Shown here piece after piece: positions 51,105-64,000 of a DNA stretch of 64,000 nucleotides. This DNA comes from Aquificaceae bacterium. Lineage in GTDB: Bacteria; Aquificota; Aquificia; Aquificales; Aquificaceae. Where the stretch lies: positions 1 through 64,000 of the forward strand of contig JBEPZX010000008.1 of the NCBI GenBank assembly GCA_041640635.1, given 5' to 3'. The translations under genes and the position numbers were made by a program. How positions within the stretch are numbered: position 1 is the stretch's first letter; the number at the start of each line of letters is the position of its first letter. The notes beneath the pieces are model-generated. The model ran no database searches and was not told where the DNA came from. It was given only the letters and a program-made list of their open reading frames with translations.

Positions 51105-51941
51105 ATGAATTATATGCCACAAATCATTAATTATATTAGTAGCAAAAAAGATACAGTGGAGATATACATTGTTCCTAACGCTTCTCCTATGGAGAGGAGT
51201 GGAAATCTTCTCATAAAAATAATAGATAGTGTCCTAACCTCAGAAGATGTAAGGGATACACTTGTAGCTCTAAAAAGTCACACTCCTCATGCTCTAGGAC
51301 CATTAGGTAAAGAAGGCTCATTCTCCTTTGGACTCCATGGCATCGGAAGATTTAGAATAACTTACATGATTCAGAGAGGAAGCTATGTAATTCATATAGT
51401 AAAAACACCTCATGAAGTTCCCTTACTGCAAAATCTATGTGAAGATAGCTCAATAATAAAAAAACTTGAAGAAGTAGTCCTACACGGTTCGGGTTTATTA
51501 CCTATCATAGGGAAAAATTCAATAAAAGCTACAGTATTTATATACTCATTACTTAAGCATATATGTTCCAATTATACAAAGGTGGTATTCATACTAGAAG
51601 ATCCTTTAAGCTTTCTTCTTAGACACGATAAATCTCTTGTAATACAAAGAGAAGTGGGTTCGGATGTAGAAAGTTTTGAAGAAGGTTTGCGGGATGCAAT
51701 ACTCTTAAATCCTGACATAATCTACATAGGATTTAGAGGGTTCCTACCTAGTAACGAGTTAATAAGCATTGTAAGACTCATAGAACTCGATACCACAGTA
51801 GTTATACACTTCCCTTATATGGAAACGAGTAGGTTCTTGCGAGAGTTCAATATGAATAAAGAATACATAAAATCCTTTGTTATAGTTAAGGATGGTACCA
51901 CATCAAAAGATAAATTGAATATAGAAATCACAGAACCATAA
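51105..51941 (+). CDS. degenerate PilT/PilU-like ATPase
   Basis: GRFRI, LEDP, IQREVGSDVESF..L..NPDII; Walker A/B eroded. Confidence 0.75.
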   Translation: MNYMPQIINYISSKKDTVEIYIVPNASPMERSGNLLIKIIDSVLTSEDVRDTLVALKSHTPHALGPLGKEGSFSFGLHGIGRFRITYMIQRGSYVIHIVKTPHEVPLLQNLCEDSSIIKKLEEVVLHGSGLLPIIGKNSIKATVFIYSLLKHICSNYTKVVFILEDPLSFLLRHDKSLVIQREVGSDVESFEEGLRDAILLNPDIIYIGFRGFLPSNELISIVRLIELDTTVVIHFPYMETSRFLREFNMNKEYIKSFVIVKDGTTSKDKLNIEITEP

Positions 51942-53100
51942 CTTCTGGTGGTGGGAAGCCATTAAAGTGTGCACCATAAACGGTAGTGTATGCACCCGCT
52001 GAAAGAATGTAAAGATAATCGCCTACATCTAGTTCAGGTAGCGCTACACTCTTGGCAATTACATCCATGCTATCGCAGGATATGCCACCTACGGTCCATT
52101 CTTTAAGTTCTCCCTCCCTTTGAGCATAGAAAGGATACCTTATACCTCCTAAAGCTTCCGCAAGTCCGTTGAATACACCTGTATCTATGTATAACCAATC
52201 CTCATTCCCTCTCTTAGCTTTTCCAATAACTCTGGTTATCATCAAACCTTGATCTCCTACTATCCCTCTTCCAGGTTCTATCTGGAGTTCATGAGGAGGA
52301 ATTGGAAAGTATTTCTGCAAAAGACCTCTTATATAGTATCCTATATCTTCTATACGCAGGGATTCGTAGGAGTATTTAACGGGTATACCACCTCCCATGT
52401 TTAACATCTGTAGCTTTAGGCCCTCGTAACTTGCCCTTTGCCAGAGTTCGCTAGCTTTTTTGATGGCTATAAACCAGTTCCTATAGTTGTTGCACTGAGA
52501 TCCAACATGAAAGGTTATACCGTAAGGAATAAGTCCTTTATCCTTTGAGTATTTAAGAATTTCTAAGGCTGTGTCTGTATCAACTCCAAACTTTTTAGAA
52601 AGAGGCCAATCGCTACCTTCGTTAGGCACTACGATTCTCACATAAACCCTAAAGCGTTTAGAGACCTTGCATAACTTATCCACCTCAGTAAAGGAGTCAA
52701 CTACGAGCCTATCTACACCAATTTTATAAGCGTAATCTATAAAATCCAAAGGCTTTACGGGATTGCTGGATATTATTCTATCCGCTCTTACGCCTAGAGA
52801 AAGAACCTTTTCCAACTCTGGTGTAGAGGCTACCTCAAAGCCAGAGCCCAGTCCCGCTAAAGTTTTTATAACATCTATATGGTCATTTGCTTTTACGGCA
52901 TAATAAACCTTTACAAAAGGCATATGATACTTTATGGAAATGTACCTGCTTTTTATACCTTCTGAATCCATAAGAAGTAGAGGCGTTTTGGTAGGTTGAA
53001 GGTGTGGCAGAAAGTGTTCTCTGGTGGATACAAACTCCTGAAAGTAGCGCTTAGCAAAATCAAACTGTATCTGTTTTAGATCTAAGGTTTGCTCAACCAT
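51928..53100 (-). CDS. fold-type III PLP decarboxylase (ornithine/lysine type)
   Basis: YAVKAN, FEVAS, KFG, FHVGSQ, EPGR, CDSMD, GAYT; start MVEQ preferred. Confidence 0.9.
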   Translation of the reverse strand: MVEQTLDLKQIQFDFAKRYFQEFVSTREHFLPHLQPTKTPLLLMDSEGIKSRYISIKYHMPFVKVYYAVKANDHIDVIKTLAGLGSGFEVASTPELEKVLSLGVRADRIISSNPVKPLDFIDYAYKIGVDRLVVDSFTEVDKLCKVSKRFRVYVRIVVPNEGSDWPLSKKFGVDTDTALEILKYSKDKGLIPYGITFHVGSQCNNYRNWFIAIKKASELWQRASYEGLKLQMLNMGGGIPVKYSYESLRIEDIGYYIRGLLQKYFPIPPHELQIEPGRGIVGDQGLMITRVIGKAKRGNEDWLYIDTGVFNGLAEALGGIRYPFYAQREGELKEWTVGGISCDSMDVIAKSVALPELDVGDYLYILSAGAYTTVYGAHFNGFPPPEVMVL

Positions 53101-53147
53101 GATATAAAAATAATGCAAAATTTTAAAGTTTACATGAAAATATTGTT

Positions 53148-54050
53148 ATGAGATATAAAATCACTGTGCCTGCAAGCACTAGTAATCTAGGATGTGGATT
53201 TGATACCTTTGGACTTGCACTAAAGCTTTACAATGAGTTCACCATTGAACCTTTTAACACTTACCATTTACAGATAGAAGGTGAGGGAAAAGATCTGCCA
53301 AAAGACGAAAACAATCTATTTGTGAGAGTCTATAGGGAATGTTTTAGAGTCTTTGGTGGAAAAGAGATTGCTTTGAAAGTTTTGCAAAAAAACAGTATTC
53401 CTACATCGAGAGGATTGGGTTCTTCATCTACAGCTATTGTAGGTGGTGTCTTAGCTTACCAAGCCATATCGGAAAAAAACCTAGAAATAGAAGAAGTCTT
53501 ACATCTAACTTACAAATTTGAACCGCACTTCGATAACATACTTCCGGCTATGTTGGGAGGATTTGTCGTATGTGCCAATAATGGAAGCCATGTGGATTTT
53601 GTGAAGCTACCCTTTCCAGCTGATCTCTTGCTGGTATTTGTTGTTCCAGAGTTTGAGCTCTCTACAGAAGAAGCCAGAAAGGTTATAAAAAGAGAAGTAT
53701 CCCTTGAGGATGCTGTAAACAATATACAAAGAGCCAGTCTATTTTTAGCTTCCTTATTTACCGGCATGTATCCAACACTAAAGGAAGGTGTAAAAGATAA
53801 ATTGCATCAACCCTATAGAGCAAACCTCATACCTGCATACCATCAAGTAGTTCAATCTGGTTACGAAGCGGGAGCATTGGCTGTATTTTTGAGTGGTGCA
53901 GGTCCTACAATAGGCAGTATCTGCTTAGAAAATCCCCACAAAGTAGCTAACGCTATGGTAGAAGCATTCAAAAAAGCAGGAATACAAGCCAAAGCCCTGA
54001 TTCTGCAGCACGATGAGCAGGGTAGCAAATGTGAAAGTATTAACACTTGA
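53148..54050 (+). CDS. thrB: homoserine kinase
   Basis: PASTSNLGCGFD, RGLGSSS, H.DN, LSGAGPT. Confidence 0.96.
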   Translation: MRYKITVPASTSNLGCGFDTFGLALKLYNEFTIEPFNTYHLQIEGEGKDLPKDENNLFVRVYRECFRVFGGKEIALKVLQKNSIPTSRGLGSSSTAIVGGVLAYQAISEKNLEIEEVLHLTYKFEPHFDNILPAMLGGFVVCANNGSHVDFVKLPFPADLLLVFVVPEFELSTEEARKVIKREVSLEDAVNNIQRASLFLASLFTGMYPTLKEGVKDKLHQPYRANLIPAYHQVVQSGYEAGALAVFLSGAGPTIGSICLENPHKVANAMVEAFKKAGIQAKALILQHDEQGSKCESINT

Positions 54051-54714
54051 TATAGGAAACACAACCGTAGATGCTTGTTATTTTGATGGAGCAAATCTAA
54101 ACTATGTAGGAAAGTTTACACATAACGAAATACAAAGCCTAAAAGGAAATTGGGATTTGGTTTTTGTTTCTTCTGTTAAACCTAGTATCAATAATAAAGT
54201 AAGAGAAATTTTCCCTCAGGCTAAACTTATAAACTACAAAGAAGTAAACATTGCTACACGAGGAATGCAAAAAAGTAAAGTAGGGATAGACAGGCTTCTA
54301 AATCTTTACGGTGCTCTAAACTTTTACGCAACTGATGCTGTACTTTTGCTATGTGGCACGGCTTTGGTCGTGGATATATTGATAGACGGAGTATTTTTAG
54401 GTGGATTTATCACCCTTGGTTTGTCAAATAAACTAAGGTGTCTTCACGAAAAAGCGGAACTTATACCTTACTTTGAACTTCAGAATTTAAACGTTGCCTT
54501 TGGAAAAGATACCAAGTCCGCAGTGGTAGGGGGTGTCATAAAAGAAGCAAAAGCGTTTGTAGAAAAGGTCAAAAGCGATGTAGAAAAGGATACTAAAAAA
54601 ACTCTCAGCTTAATAGTAACTGGAGGAGATGGTTGGGTATTCGAAGATATGGGGATTTACGATAAACTACTAATTCACAAAGCTATTTTGCACCTAAAGG
54701 GTTTTATTACATGA
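54031..54714 (+). CDS. coaX: type III pantothenate kinase
   Basis: DIGNT, SSV, GIDR, GTA, TGG; GTG start at 54031. Confidence 0.9.
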   Translation: MKVLTLDIGNTTVDACYFDGANLNYVGKFTHNEIQSLKGNWDLVFVSSVKPSINNKVREIFPQAKLINYKEVNIATRGMQKSKVGIDRLLNLYGALNFYATDAVLLLCGTALVVDILIDGVFLGGFITLGLSNKLRCLHEKAELIPYFELQNLNVAFGKDTKSAVVGGVIKEAKAFVEKVKSDVEKDTKKTLSLIVTGGDGWVFEDMGIYDKLLIHKAILHLKGFIT

Positions 54715-54891
54715 GCTTTTCCAAAACATATTCACCACAAGGAACTCGATAAATTTCCAGATGTTACGTGCTAACTTGCTTTTTCGTAGTGCATATTATA
54801 CGTGATAAAGCCTTCATTGAAATAAAAAAATTGTTTACTTCTCTGTTTAAAAGCGCAGCAGGAGAAAATCAAAGAAGTATTACCCAAAATG

Positions 54892-56092
54892 GGAAGCATC
54901 CCAGATTCAGTGATGGAAAATAAATAAAGCTCACCACATAACATTGTCTACTAAACATACACAGAAAGTAAGCCTTATAAAGCAATTAAAAGTATCCTTC
55001 ACTATTGGTATACCACTAAAACAAACTGACATCCACTGGTTAGAAGAGAAGTTATTGAAGAAAAGGGAATAGGTATCTTTGGAGATATTTTGGAGATATT
55101 GAAAAAAAAGTTATGGAAGCTGTTGAGAAAGAAGCAGTTAAATCTAAAGGTTTATTCAAGGAGTTCTGGTAAAGATTAGTGAGGAATGGTAGTGAAACAA
55201 AGAAGATAAAGACATTACTTGGGACTTTACCAATAAAGAGGACAAGGCTTGGTTGCTGTAGGTGTAGGAAGGATATTTATCCTTTAGATGAGACCATTGG
55301 GCAGTTATGAGAAATTCAGTTTAAAGAAGTTCACAAGGTTAGAGGTTTTACACAATAAGATACACACAATAGCATTGGAAGAAGGAAAAAGGATAGAGTC
55401 ATGGGAGGAAGAAAGGCGCTCTAAGATAAAAGAGGCAGAGGGTTTAGGAGGGTCTTTGAGAAAGAGTCCTGAAGTTTTTCATATTCACGTAGATGGCACA
55501 GGGGTAAATAAAGGTAGGGACGAGTTTCAGTGAGAGGGTTTTGATTTCAAAAAAGAGGGTATGGATAATGGATAACAAAAGTTACGTCCCTGTTGAAGAT
55601 GCGGAGTCTTTCAGGGAGAAGTTTTATGTGGATTGTGTAAGGTGGATTTGCAACTTGAGGGGGAGCTATTTCCCTGAGACTACAGGAGTACTGGACATGT
55701 GGCATTTAAAGAGGGAGTTTAAGAAGGTATTTGGAGTTGGGGGTAGTAATTTAGTTGCTTATCTTAAGGATCTTGCATTAAAAGGTGGGGCAAAGAGGAT
55801 AGTAGAGATGTTAAGAGAGGAGGCATTGAGGCAAAGGGGAGAGATAAAAACAAAGGTTAAGGATCATATAGAGCATGTGAGTAACAACTACCAGTGGATA
55901 GAGAACACACCGCTGATATTACAGTTGCCGAGATGTTTAAGAAGAAAGGCATGAGCTAGTATAAGAGTGATGCAAATCCTTTAGTGAGGGCTTTTGAAAC
56001 TCAATGGCGAATGGGATATCTACTGGAAACAGCGGTGAAAGGAGTTACTCAGGTATGCAGACTGAATTTTATCACGGAAAAAAGATGCTTAC
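54892..56092 (+). mobile_element. decayed ISLre2/ISKra4-like DDE insertion sequence
   Basis: 9-bp direct repeat CCCAAAATG (54883-54891, 56093-56101); imperfect TIRs GGAAGCATC/GTAAGCATC; fragmented transposase (IKTLLG..CCRC..YPLDE, DGTG, LDMWH, NGEWD.YW). Confidence 0.8.
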
Positions 56093-56177
56093 CCCAAAAT
56101 GCACACCGGAAAGTTCTAAAGTGTATAACGTTTAATTAAAACTTTGAACATCTAATAAACTAAAGAGGAAAAACTAT

Positions 56178-56855
56178 CTACCCATCCGGAAGAACTACTT
56201 GGTAGAAGTTTTTAGCTACGGGATGTTTGGAAGTGGACTCTTCCTCTCTTACAATTCGATAGGTGTGCATACCTGCAGACTTTGCACAATCTAGTTCCTC
56301 TTCTACATCAGACAAAAAGAGAATATCATCTGCCTGTGTATCTATAGATTTTGCTATTTCTAAATATGAATTTACCTCCTTTTTGCTCCCTATTTTCGTA
56401 TCAAAAAAGCCATTAAATAGGTACGTTATGTCTCCGTATACAGAATATGAGAAAAAAAGCTTCTGAGCTTTTACCGAACCTGAAGAAAACACATATATTT
56501 TCAAACCTTTTTCCTTCCACTCCTTCAGTTTTTCATAAGCATCCGGGTATATGTGACCTTTTAGTTCCCCGTTTTTAAAGCCTTCTTCCCAAATTAAGCC
56601 TTGCAGCTCTTTTAAAGCCGTTTCTTTTAAGTCCTTTTCTATCCATTCTTTAAAAATCTCAGTAGCTTCTTCTAAGCTTACCTGCTTAGATAGTTTTTGA
56701 GATAGTAGGTTTATTATTTGCCTTACCTCCTGTGTGTCCCAGTTTTCTTTTAAAAAACTTCCCAACCTTTGCAAAGAGTAAGGAAACATGACGTCCTTGA
56801 CGTAAGATATAGAAGATATAGTTCCTTCTATATCTGTAAGAATTGCTTTAATCAT
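56178..56855 (-). CDS. mtnC: enolase-phosphatase E1
   Basis: DIEGT, LKELQGLIW..G, SSGSVKAQKL, FLSD. Confidence 0.95.
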   Translation of the reverse strand: MIKAILTDIEGTISSISYVKDVMFPYSLQRLGSFLKENWDTQEVRQIINLLSQKLSKQVSLEEATEIFKEWIEKDLKETALKELQGLIWEEGFKNGELKGHIYPDAYEKLKEWKEKGLKIYVFSSGSVKAQKLFFSYSVYGDITYLFNGFFDTKIGSKKEVNSYLEIAKSIDTQADDILFLSDVEEELDCAKSAGMHTYRIVREEESTSKHPVAKNFYQVVLPDG

Positions 56856-57399
56856 TTTATGTTTATAACCTCATCGTGCGTAGGAAACTTTTTAGAGATG
56901 GAACTTCCCGTGAAAGAAGCAACCCATCCATCAGGTATAGAAAAGAACCTTATGGCTTTGAAGCTTGGTTTGCTTCCCATATCAAACCAGTGAGGTGTGT
57001 TAGCAGGTACGCTTATGAAATCTCCATCTTCACAGAGGGTTACATAAACTCTGTCCTTTATGTGTAAATAGAAGGTTCCACTTCCGTAAACAAAGTATCG
57101 TACCTCAAAGTCTGAATGAGTGTGTTCATTCAAAAACATATTCCTTAGCTCTTCCTTTTTTGGATGGTCTGGCGTCAAAGATACTACATCTATAGATTGG
57201 AAGTTATACATTTTGTTTATTCTGTCTATTTCCTCTTTGTAAGCTTGCAAAACTTCTTGGGGTGTTGCTGACTCATCCAGATTTTTTGTTTCCCATTTTT
57301 CTAACGTAACACCTAAATTTTCAAGCTTTTGAGAGATTTCCCTGTAATCGTAAACCTTTTCCAAAAGGTTACCTTCTTCGTCGTATATAAGTAGCAAAG

Positions 57400-57403
<4 letters not shown>
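56852..57403 (-). CDS. mtnD: acireductone dioxygenase
   Basis: EHTHSDFEVRYF, PHWFD, GWVA. Confidence 0.95.
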
Positions 57404-59922
<2,519 letters not shown>

Positions 59923-61546
59923 TCTGTAATAAGATGCTACCCTCTCCGCCAATTCTCTAAAATATGGAGCCGCCACAGTACCACCGTACACGTTAGGACC
60001 TTTTGGTTCGTCAACCATTATACCAGCTACAATTTTTGGCTCTGTGGCTGGAAAGTAACCCACAAAGTAAGCCACAAGTTTTTCTCTGGAGTACTTGCCT
60101 ATGCTAAAATCAAACTTCTGAGATGTACCTGTTTTTCCAGCTATATAAAAGTAGTTGGATCTTGCTAGCTGAGCTGTTCCCTCTTCAACGACCTTTATCA
60201 TATTTGTTCTTAACCACCTGAAAGTCCTTTCCGAAAAAACGCCATCCTTTAAAACCAATGTTTCGTCGTTAAGCAGTATTTTGGGCTTCACAATCTTATT
60301 AGTTGCCAACCCACCAAAGGCGACGCAAAGATTCAGCAAGTTAGTAGCTAACCCTTGCCCTATACTAACATACAGCAAATTGGCTGGGTAGTATAAGTTA
60401 GGCAGTTTGGGCTTTGTTTCTCCTGGAAGAACTCCAAAGGTGTTGTTTAAATGTATTGTATCTATAAGCTCTTCAACATCTTTTCTGGAAAGGTATCTGG
60501 CTATCTTTATGGTACCTATGTTTGAAGATTTTATTAATATCTGGTCAATAGTAAGGTATTTACTTGGTTTTACATCTTTCACGTACCTACCATAAACCTC
60601 TATTCTATCCCCTATGCTCGTTCCAAAGTTTTCACCTACATACCCTCTGTCTAATGCTTTCCCTACAAAAAACGGCTTTAAGGTAGAACCAGGTTCAAAA
60701 ATATCTGTAACAGCGTAATTCCTCCTTTGCCATTGTTTGTATTTCCAATAAAAGTTAGGATCGTAATTAGGATACGTGGATAAAGCAAGTATGTCACCAT
60801 TTGTTACATCCATAACAAGTATAGCTACACGCCTTGGACTCCATTGCTTAACGATTTTTTCTGTTATATCTTCAGTTATTATCTGAACACCTATATCTAT
60901 TGTAGTTTTAATGTCTCTAACTTTAAAAGACTCTTCTTTGTAAGGGTCTAAAATCATACTACCTCCAGCAAAGAATACAGCTTTTACGCTTTTACCTCCT
61001 ATGGTATCTTCGAGAGCATACTCCAAACCTTCCAATCCTCTTCCATCCAATCCGACAAAACCTATTAGGTTACTTGCCATGGTTCCGTGTGGATAGAATC
61101 TTTTAAAATCTTCTTGAATACCAACAGCAGGCTTGTTATCTGTTTCTCTGATGACCCTTTCAATCAGATTTCTTTTTTCTTTATCTACCTTGAAAGCTAA
61201 CCAAACAAATTTTTTCTCTGTATCGAGTTTTTCCCTTATTGTTACATCGGGAACATCTAATATAGCTGATAGCCTCCTTACAAACTCATCTTTGTTTTTT
61301 ATAAACCTTGGAAAAGCATAAACAGATATAGTAGGTATACTTATCGCAAGATCTTTATCGTTTCTATCTAAGATAGCTCCCCTGTAAAGAATGAGATTTT
61401 CAACTTTAACTTTAGGGAAATCCTCTGCAATCCTTTCTACAAGAGCCCTTCTCTCTAAGATTTGTATTCGAAAGAGATTAATTAATATCCATAAAAATAT
61501 CAGAACTAAAAAAGGAATTATTAGCAATATACGTGCATTACTCTTT

Positions 61547-62662
61547 TTAAGAGATTGCATAACATATATTTACAAATTCTTTGAATATATTGTAAGAATC
61601 GTGGGGACCAGGTGAAGCTTCTGGATGAAACTGTACACAGTATATTGGAAAGTGTTTATGTATAAAGCCTTCCACTGTATTATCCAAAAGATTTATATGC
61701 GTTATTTCCACATCTTCCAAAGTGTCAGGGTCCACAGCAAAGTTATGATTTTGCGCCGTTATTTCTATGTGACCATCTCTTAAATCCTTTACCGGGTGGT
61801 TCCCTCCATGATGCCCAAAAGGCAACTTGTAAGTTTTGCCTCCTAAAGCCAAAGCTATTATTTGGTGACCTAAGCATATGCCAAATATGGGTTTTCTTTC
61901 CATAAAGTGCCTGACCAATCTTATTCCCTCTACAACCCTCTGGGGATCACCTGGACCGTTGGATAAAAATATGGCATCTGGATCTAAATCCCTTATCTTG
62001 CTGATAGAATCGTAAGGTGGTACGACGATAACCTTTGCACCTTCTTGAGTTAGTCTTCTAAGTATGTTGTTTTTTACCCCAAAATCAACGACAGCTATAA
62101 CTGGTCTCTCGTTTTCCATGTAAGAATAACCCTTGTATAAATCCCAGTCGCCTTGTTTATAAAGGTACTCTTGTTTGGTGGCAACTTGCTCAACAAGGTT
62201 TTGCCTTGATATGTCCTCTACGCTCCTTGCCTTTTTTATTAAGCTTTTGGGATCCAAGTCTGAAGTTGATATAACACCTCTTAAGGCTCCCTTTTCTCTT
62301 ATCTTCTTTACCAAAGCCCTAGTGTCTATATGTTCAATGCCAACTACCTTGTGTTCTTTTAAATACTCATCCAGAGATTTTTTTGCTCGCCAGTTACTAA
62401 CAACTTTTGAGGCTTCCCTTACTACGAACCCATTTACCTGAACAGATGAAGACTCCACATCTTCGTCGTTAATTCCATAGTTTCCCACCTGTGTATAAGT
62501 CATAACCACAATCTGTCCCTTATATGAAGGGTCGGTTAATATCTCTTGATAGCCAGTTATGGATGTGTTGAAAACTACTTCCCCTTGTGTCTCTCCTTCC
62601 GAGCCTAAAGAGTAACCAACAAAGTAGGAACCATCTTCCAGAGCCAATATAGCCTTTTTCAT
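61547..62662 (-). CDS. carA: carbamoyl-phosphate synthetase small subunit
   Basis: GYQEILTDPSY, SNGPGDP, GICLGHQ, HPE. Confidence 0.97.
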   Translation of the reverse strand: MKKAILALEDGSYFVGYSLGSEGETQGEVVFNTSITGYQEILTDPSYKGQIVVMTYTQVGNYGINDEDVESSSVQVNGFVVREASKVVSNWRAKKSLDEYLKEHKVVGIEHIDTRALVKKIREKGALRGVISTSDLDPKSLIKKARSVEDISRQNLVEQVATKQEYLYKQGDWDLYKGYSYMENERPVIAVVDFGVKNNILRRLTQEGAKVIVVPPYDSISKIRDLDPDAIFLSNGPGDPQRVVEGIRLVRHFMERKPIFGICLGHQIIALALGGKTYKLPFGHHGGNHPVKDLRDGHIEITAQNHNFAVDPDTLEDVEITHINLLDNTVEGFIHKHFPIYCVQFHPEASPGPHDSYNIFKEFVNICYAIS

Positions 62663-62675
62663 TTTTTCTCCTAAA

Positions 62676-62765
62676 CGGAGAGGGCGGGATTCGAACCCGC
62701 GGTAGGGCTTTTAACCCTACAACTCCTTAGCAGGGAGCCGCCTTCGTCCACTCGGCCACCTCTCC
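62676..62765 (-). tRNA. tRNA-Ser(GCT), CCA not encoded
   Basis: GGAGAGG/CCTCTCC acceptor stem, anticodon loop CTGCTAA, long variable arm, GGTTCGAATCC. Confidence 0.95.
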
Positions 62766-62801
62766 TTTGCTTACAAAATTAAGTAATAATATAAACCATA
62801 T

Positions 62802-63722
62802 TCATAACTCCATCAAGACAGCTCCCCAGGTCAAACCTCCACCCATAGCTGTAAATAAAACGATATCACCCTCTTTCACACGTCCTTCTTGAAAAGCTTC
62901 ACTTAAAGCCAGCGGTATGGATGCTGCACTTGTATTCCCGTATTTATGTATATTGGTATACACCTTTTCCATAGGAAAGTTAAGTTTTTCCGCTAAAGAC
63001 TCTATTATTCTTATATTAGCTTGATGGGGTATCATAAGTTTTATATCTTCAGGTGTTATACCAGCCGTTTCTATAACTTCTCTGCATGCTTCTTCCATGC
63101 TTCTAACAGCTATTTTAAAAAGTTCCCTACCCTTCATGTTTATATAATCACATTTTTTTGCATAAAGAATCTCCCACAGAGAACCATCAGAAAGTAGTCT
63201 GGAAATGTAAAGCTTATCTTTACCTTCGTCAGATAGAAGCACAGCTCCTGCACCATCTCCAAATAAAACGCATGTGTTTCTGTCTTGCCAATTGACTATT
63301 TCGGACAGTTTTTCTGCGCCTACCACCAAAACCTTTTTAGCTTTTCCAGAACTTATAAAGGAATGAGCTATATCTAGAGAGTATATAAAGCCACTGCAAG
63401 CTGCAGAAATATCAAATGCAAAAGCTTTTGTATTTCCTAATCTAGCTTGTAAGAGGCACGCACTAGCAGGAAAGGAAAGTTCAGGAGTAAGTGTAGCGAG
63501 TATAATCAAGTCTACATGGTCACCGTCTGTCTGCGCCATCCTTAGAGCTTCTGTGGAAGCTTTGTAAGCCATATCTATCAAGCTCTCATTTTCTGATATT
63601 CTTCTTTCCTTTATACCTGTGCGTGTGGTTATCCACTCATCTGAAGTGTCCACTATCTTTTCAAGGTCGAAGTTGGTAAGAATCTTGGAAGGTATATAGT
63701 GTCCTATTCCTATCAATTTCAT
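62802..63722 (-). CDS. fabH: beta-ketoacyl-ACP synthase III
   Basis: RTGI, AACSGF, FGDGAGA, PHQAN, GNTSAAS. Confidence 0.97.
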   Translation of the reverse strand: MKLIGIGHYIPSKILTNFDLEKIVDTSDEWITTRTGIKERRISENESLIDMAYKASTEALRMAQTDGDHVDLIILATLTPELSFPASACLLQARLGNTKAFAFDISAACSGFIYSLDIAHSFISSGKAKKVLVVGAEKLSEIVNWQDRNTCVLFGDGAGAVLLSDEGKDKLYISRLLSDGSLWEILYAKKCDYINMKGRELFKIAVRSMEEACREVIETAGITPEDIKLMIPHQANIRIIESLAEKLNFPMEKVYTNIHKYGNTSAASIPLALSEAFQEGRVKEGDIVLFTAMGGGLTWGAVLMEL

Positions 63723-64000
63723 ATTCTTAAGCCCTGAGGAATAATATTTTTGATATTTCTAGAAAGCACCTGATTGAACTGATGTGTTATAAATTCGTTA
63801 GCTACCTTTATGGAGTTTCTTATTGCTTTGGCGTTTGCTTTCCCATGAGTTATTATAACAGGTTTGTTAGCTCCTAAAAGGGGTATGCCTCCGTATTCTG
63901 CAAAGTCAGCTTTTTTCTTAAAGTTATTTAGAGCAGGTAGCATCAAAAAAGCACCTATTCTAGCTAATAGGCTCTTTCTAACTTCTTCTTTTATCATTTG
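63719..64000 (-). CDS. plsX: phosphate acyltransferase PlsX, C-terminal part (truncated by window edge)
   Basis: EYGG.PLLG..PVIITHG..AIRNSI; upstream of fabH. Confidence 0.9.
   Translation of the reverse strand, partial: QMIKEEVRKSLLARIGAFLMLPALNNFKKKADFAEYGGIPLLGANKPVIITHGKANAKAIRNSIKVANEFITHQFNQVLSRNIKNIIPQGLRI

Noticed and set aside
54715..54925. Short ORF (VHIIRDKAF...) or ncRNA after coaX
   Set aside because: No SD, motif or clear structure, and it runs into the IS end.

Overview
Gene-dense, AT-rich bacterial chromosome segment. Gene content (split carB, group 2d-type hydrogenase, TtuA/TtuB, HspR) points by inference to Aquificae (Hydrogenobacter/Thermocrinis-like). Most of it is housekeeping: purK, ccsA, aspC, miaA/miaB, rpe, hom, thrB, ftsW, thyX, dnaJ-hspR, argS, carA and the N-half of carB, hisD, lgt, ilvC, mtnBDC, ahcY, bioD, PBP, fabH, plsX and tRNA-Ser(GCT). 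It also holds a cheZ-Y-V-A-W chemotaxis cluster, a TetR-linked cytoplasmic [NiFe]-hydrogenase operon, a complete IS200/IS605 element (amber-interrupted tnpA, intact tnpB) and a decayed ISLre2/ISKra4-like element with a 9-bp target duplication. The strongest novelty candidate is an mrp-iscS pair. The IscS homologue has lost the PLP Schiff-base lysine and several substrate-binding residues but keeps its mobile-loop cysteine, and the co-transcribed Mrp carrier has only one cysteine. This suggests a desulfurase-independent Fe-S assembly module. Other oddities: a tip-only mini-chemoreceptor and a J-domain protein inside the chemotaxis operon, a ThyX built from two complementary partial copies, several other pseudo-enzymes (PilT-like, PIN, M23), and very compact bidirectional, near-leaderless promoters. 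No CRISPR array or rRNA was seen. All family calls come from motif recognition; no database searches were run.
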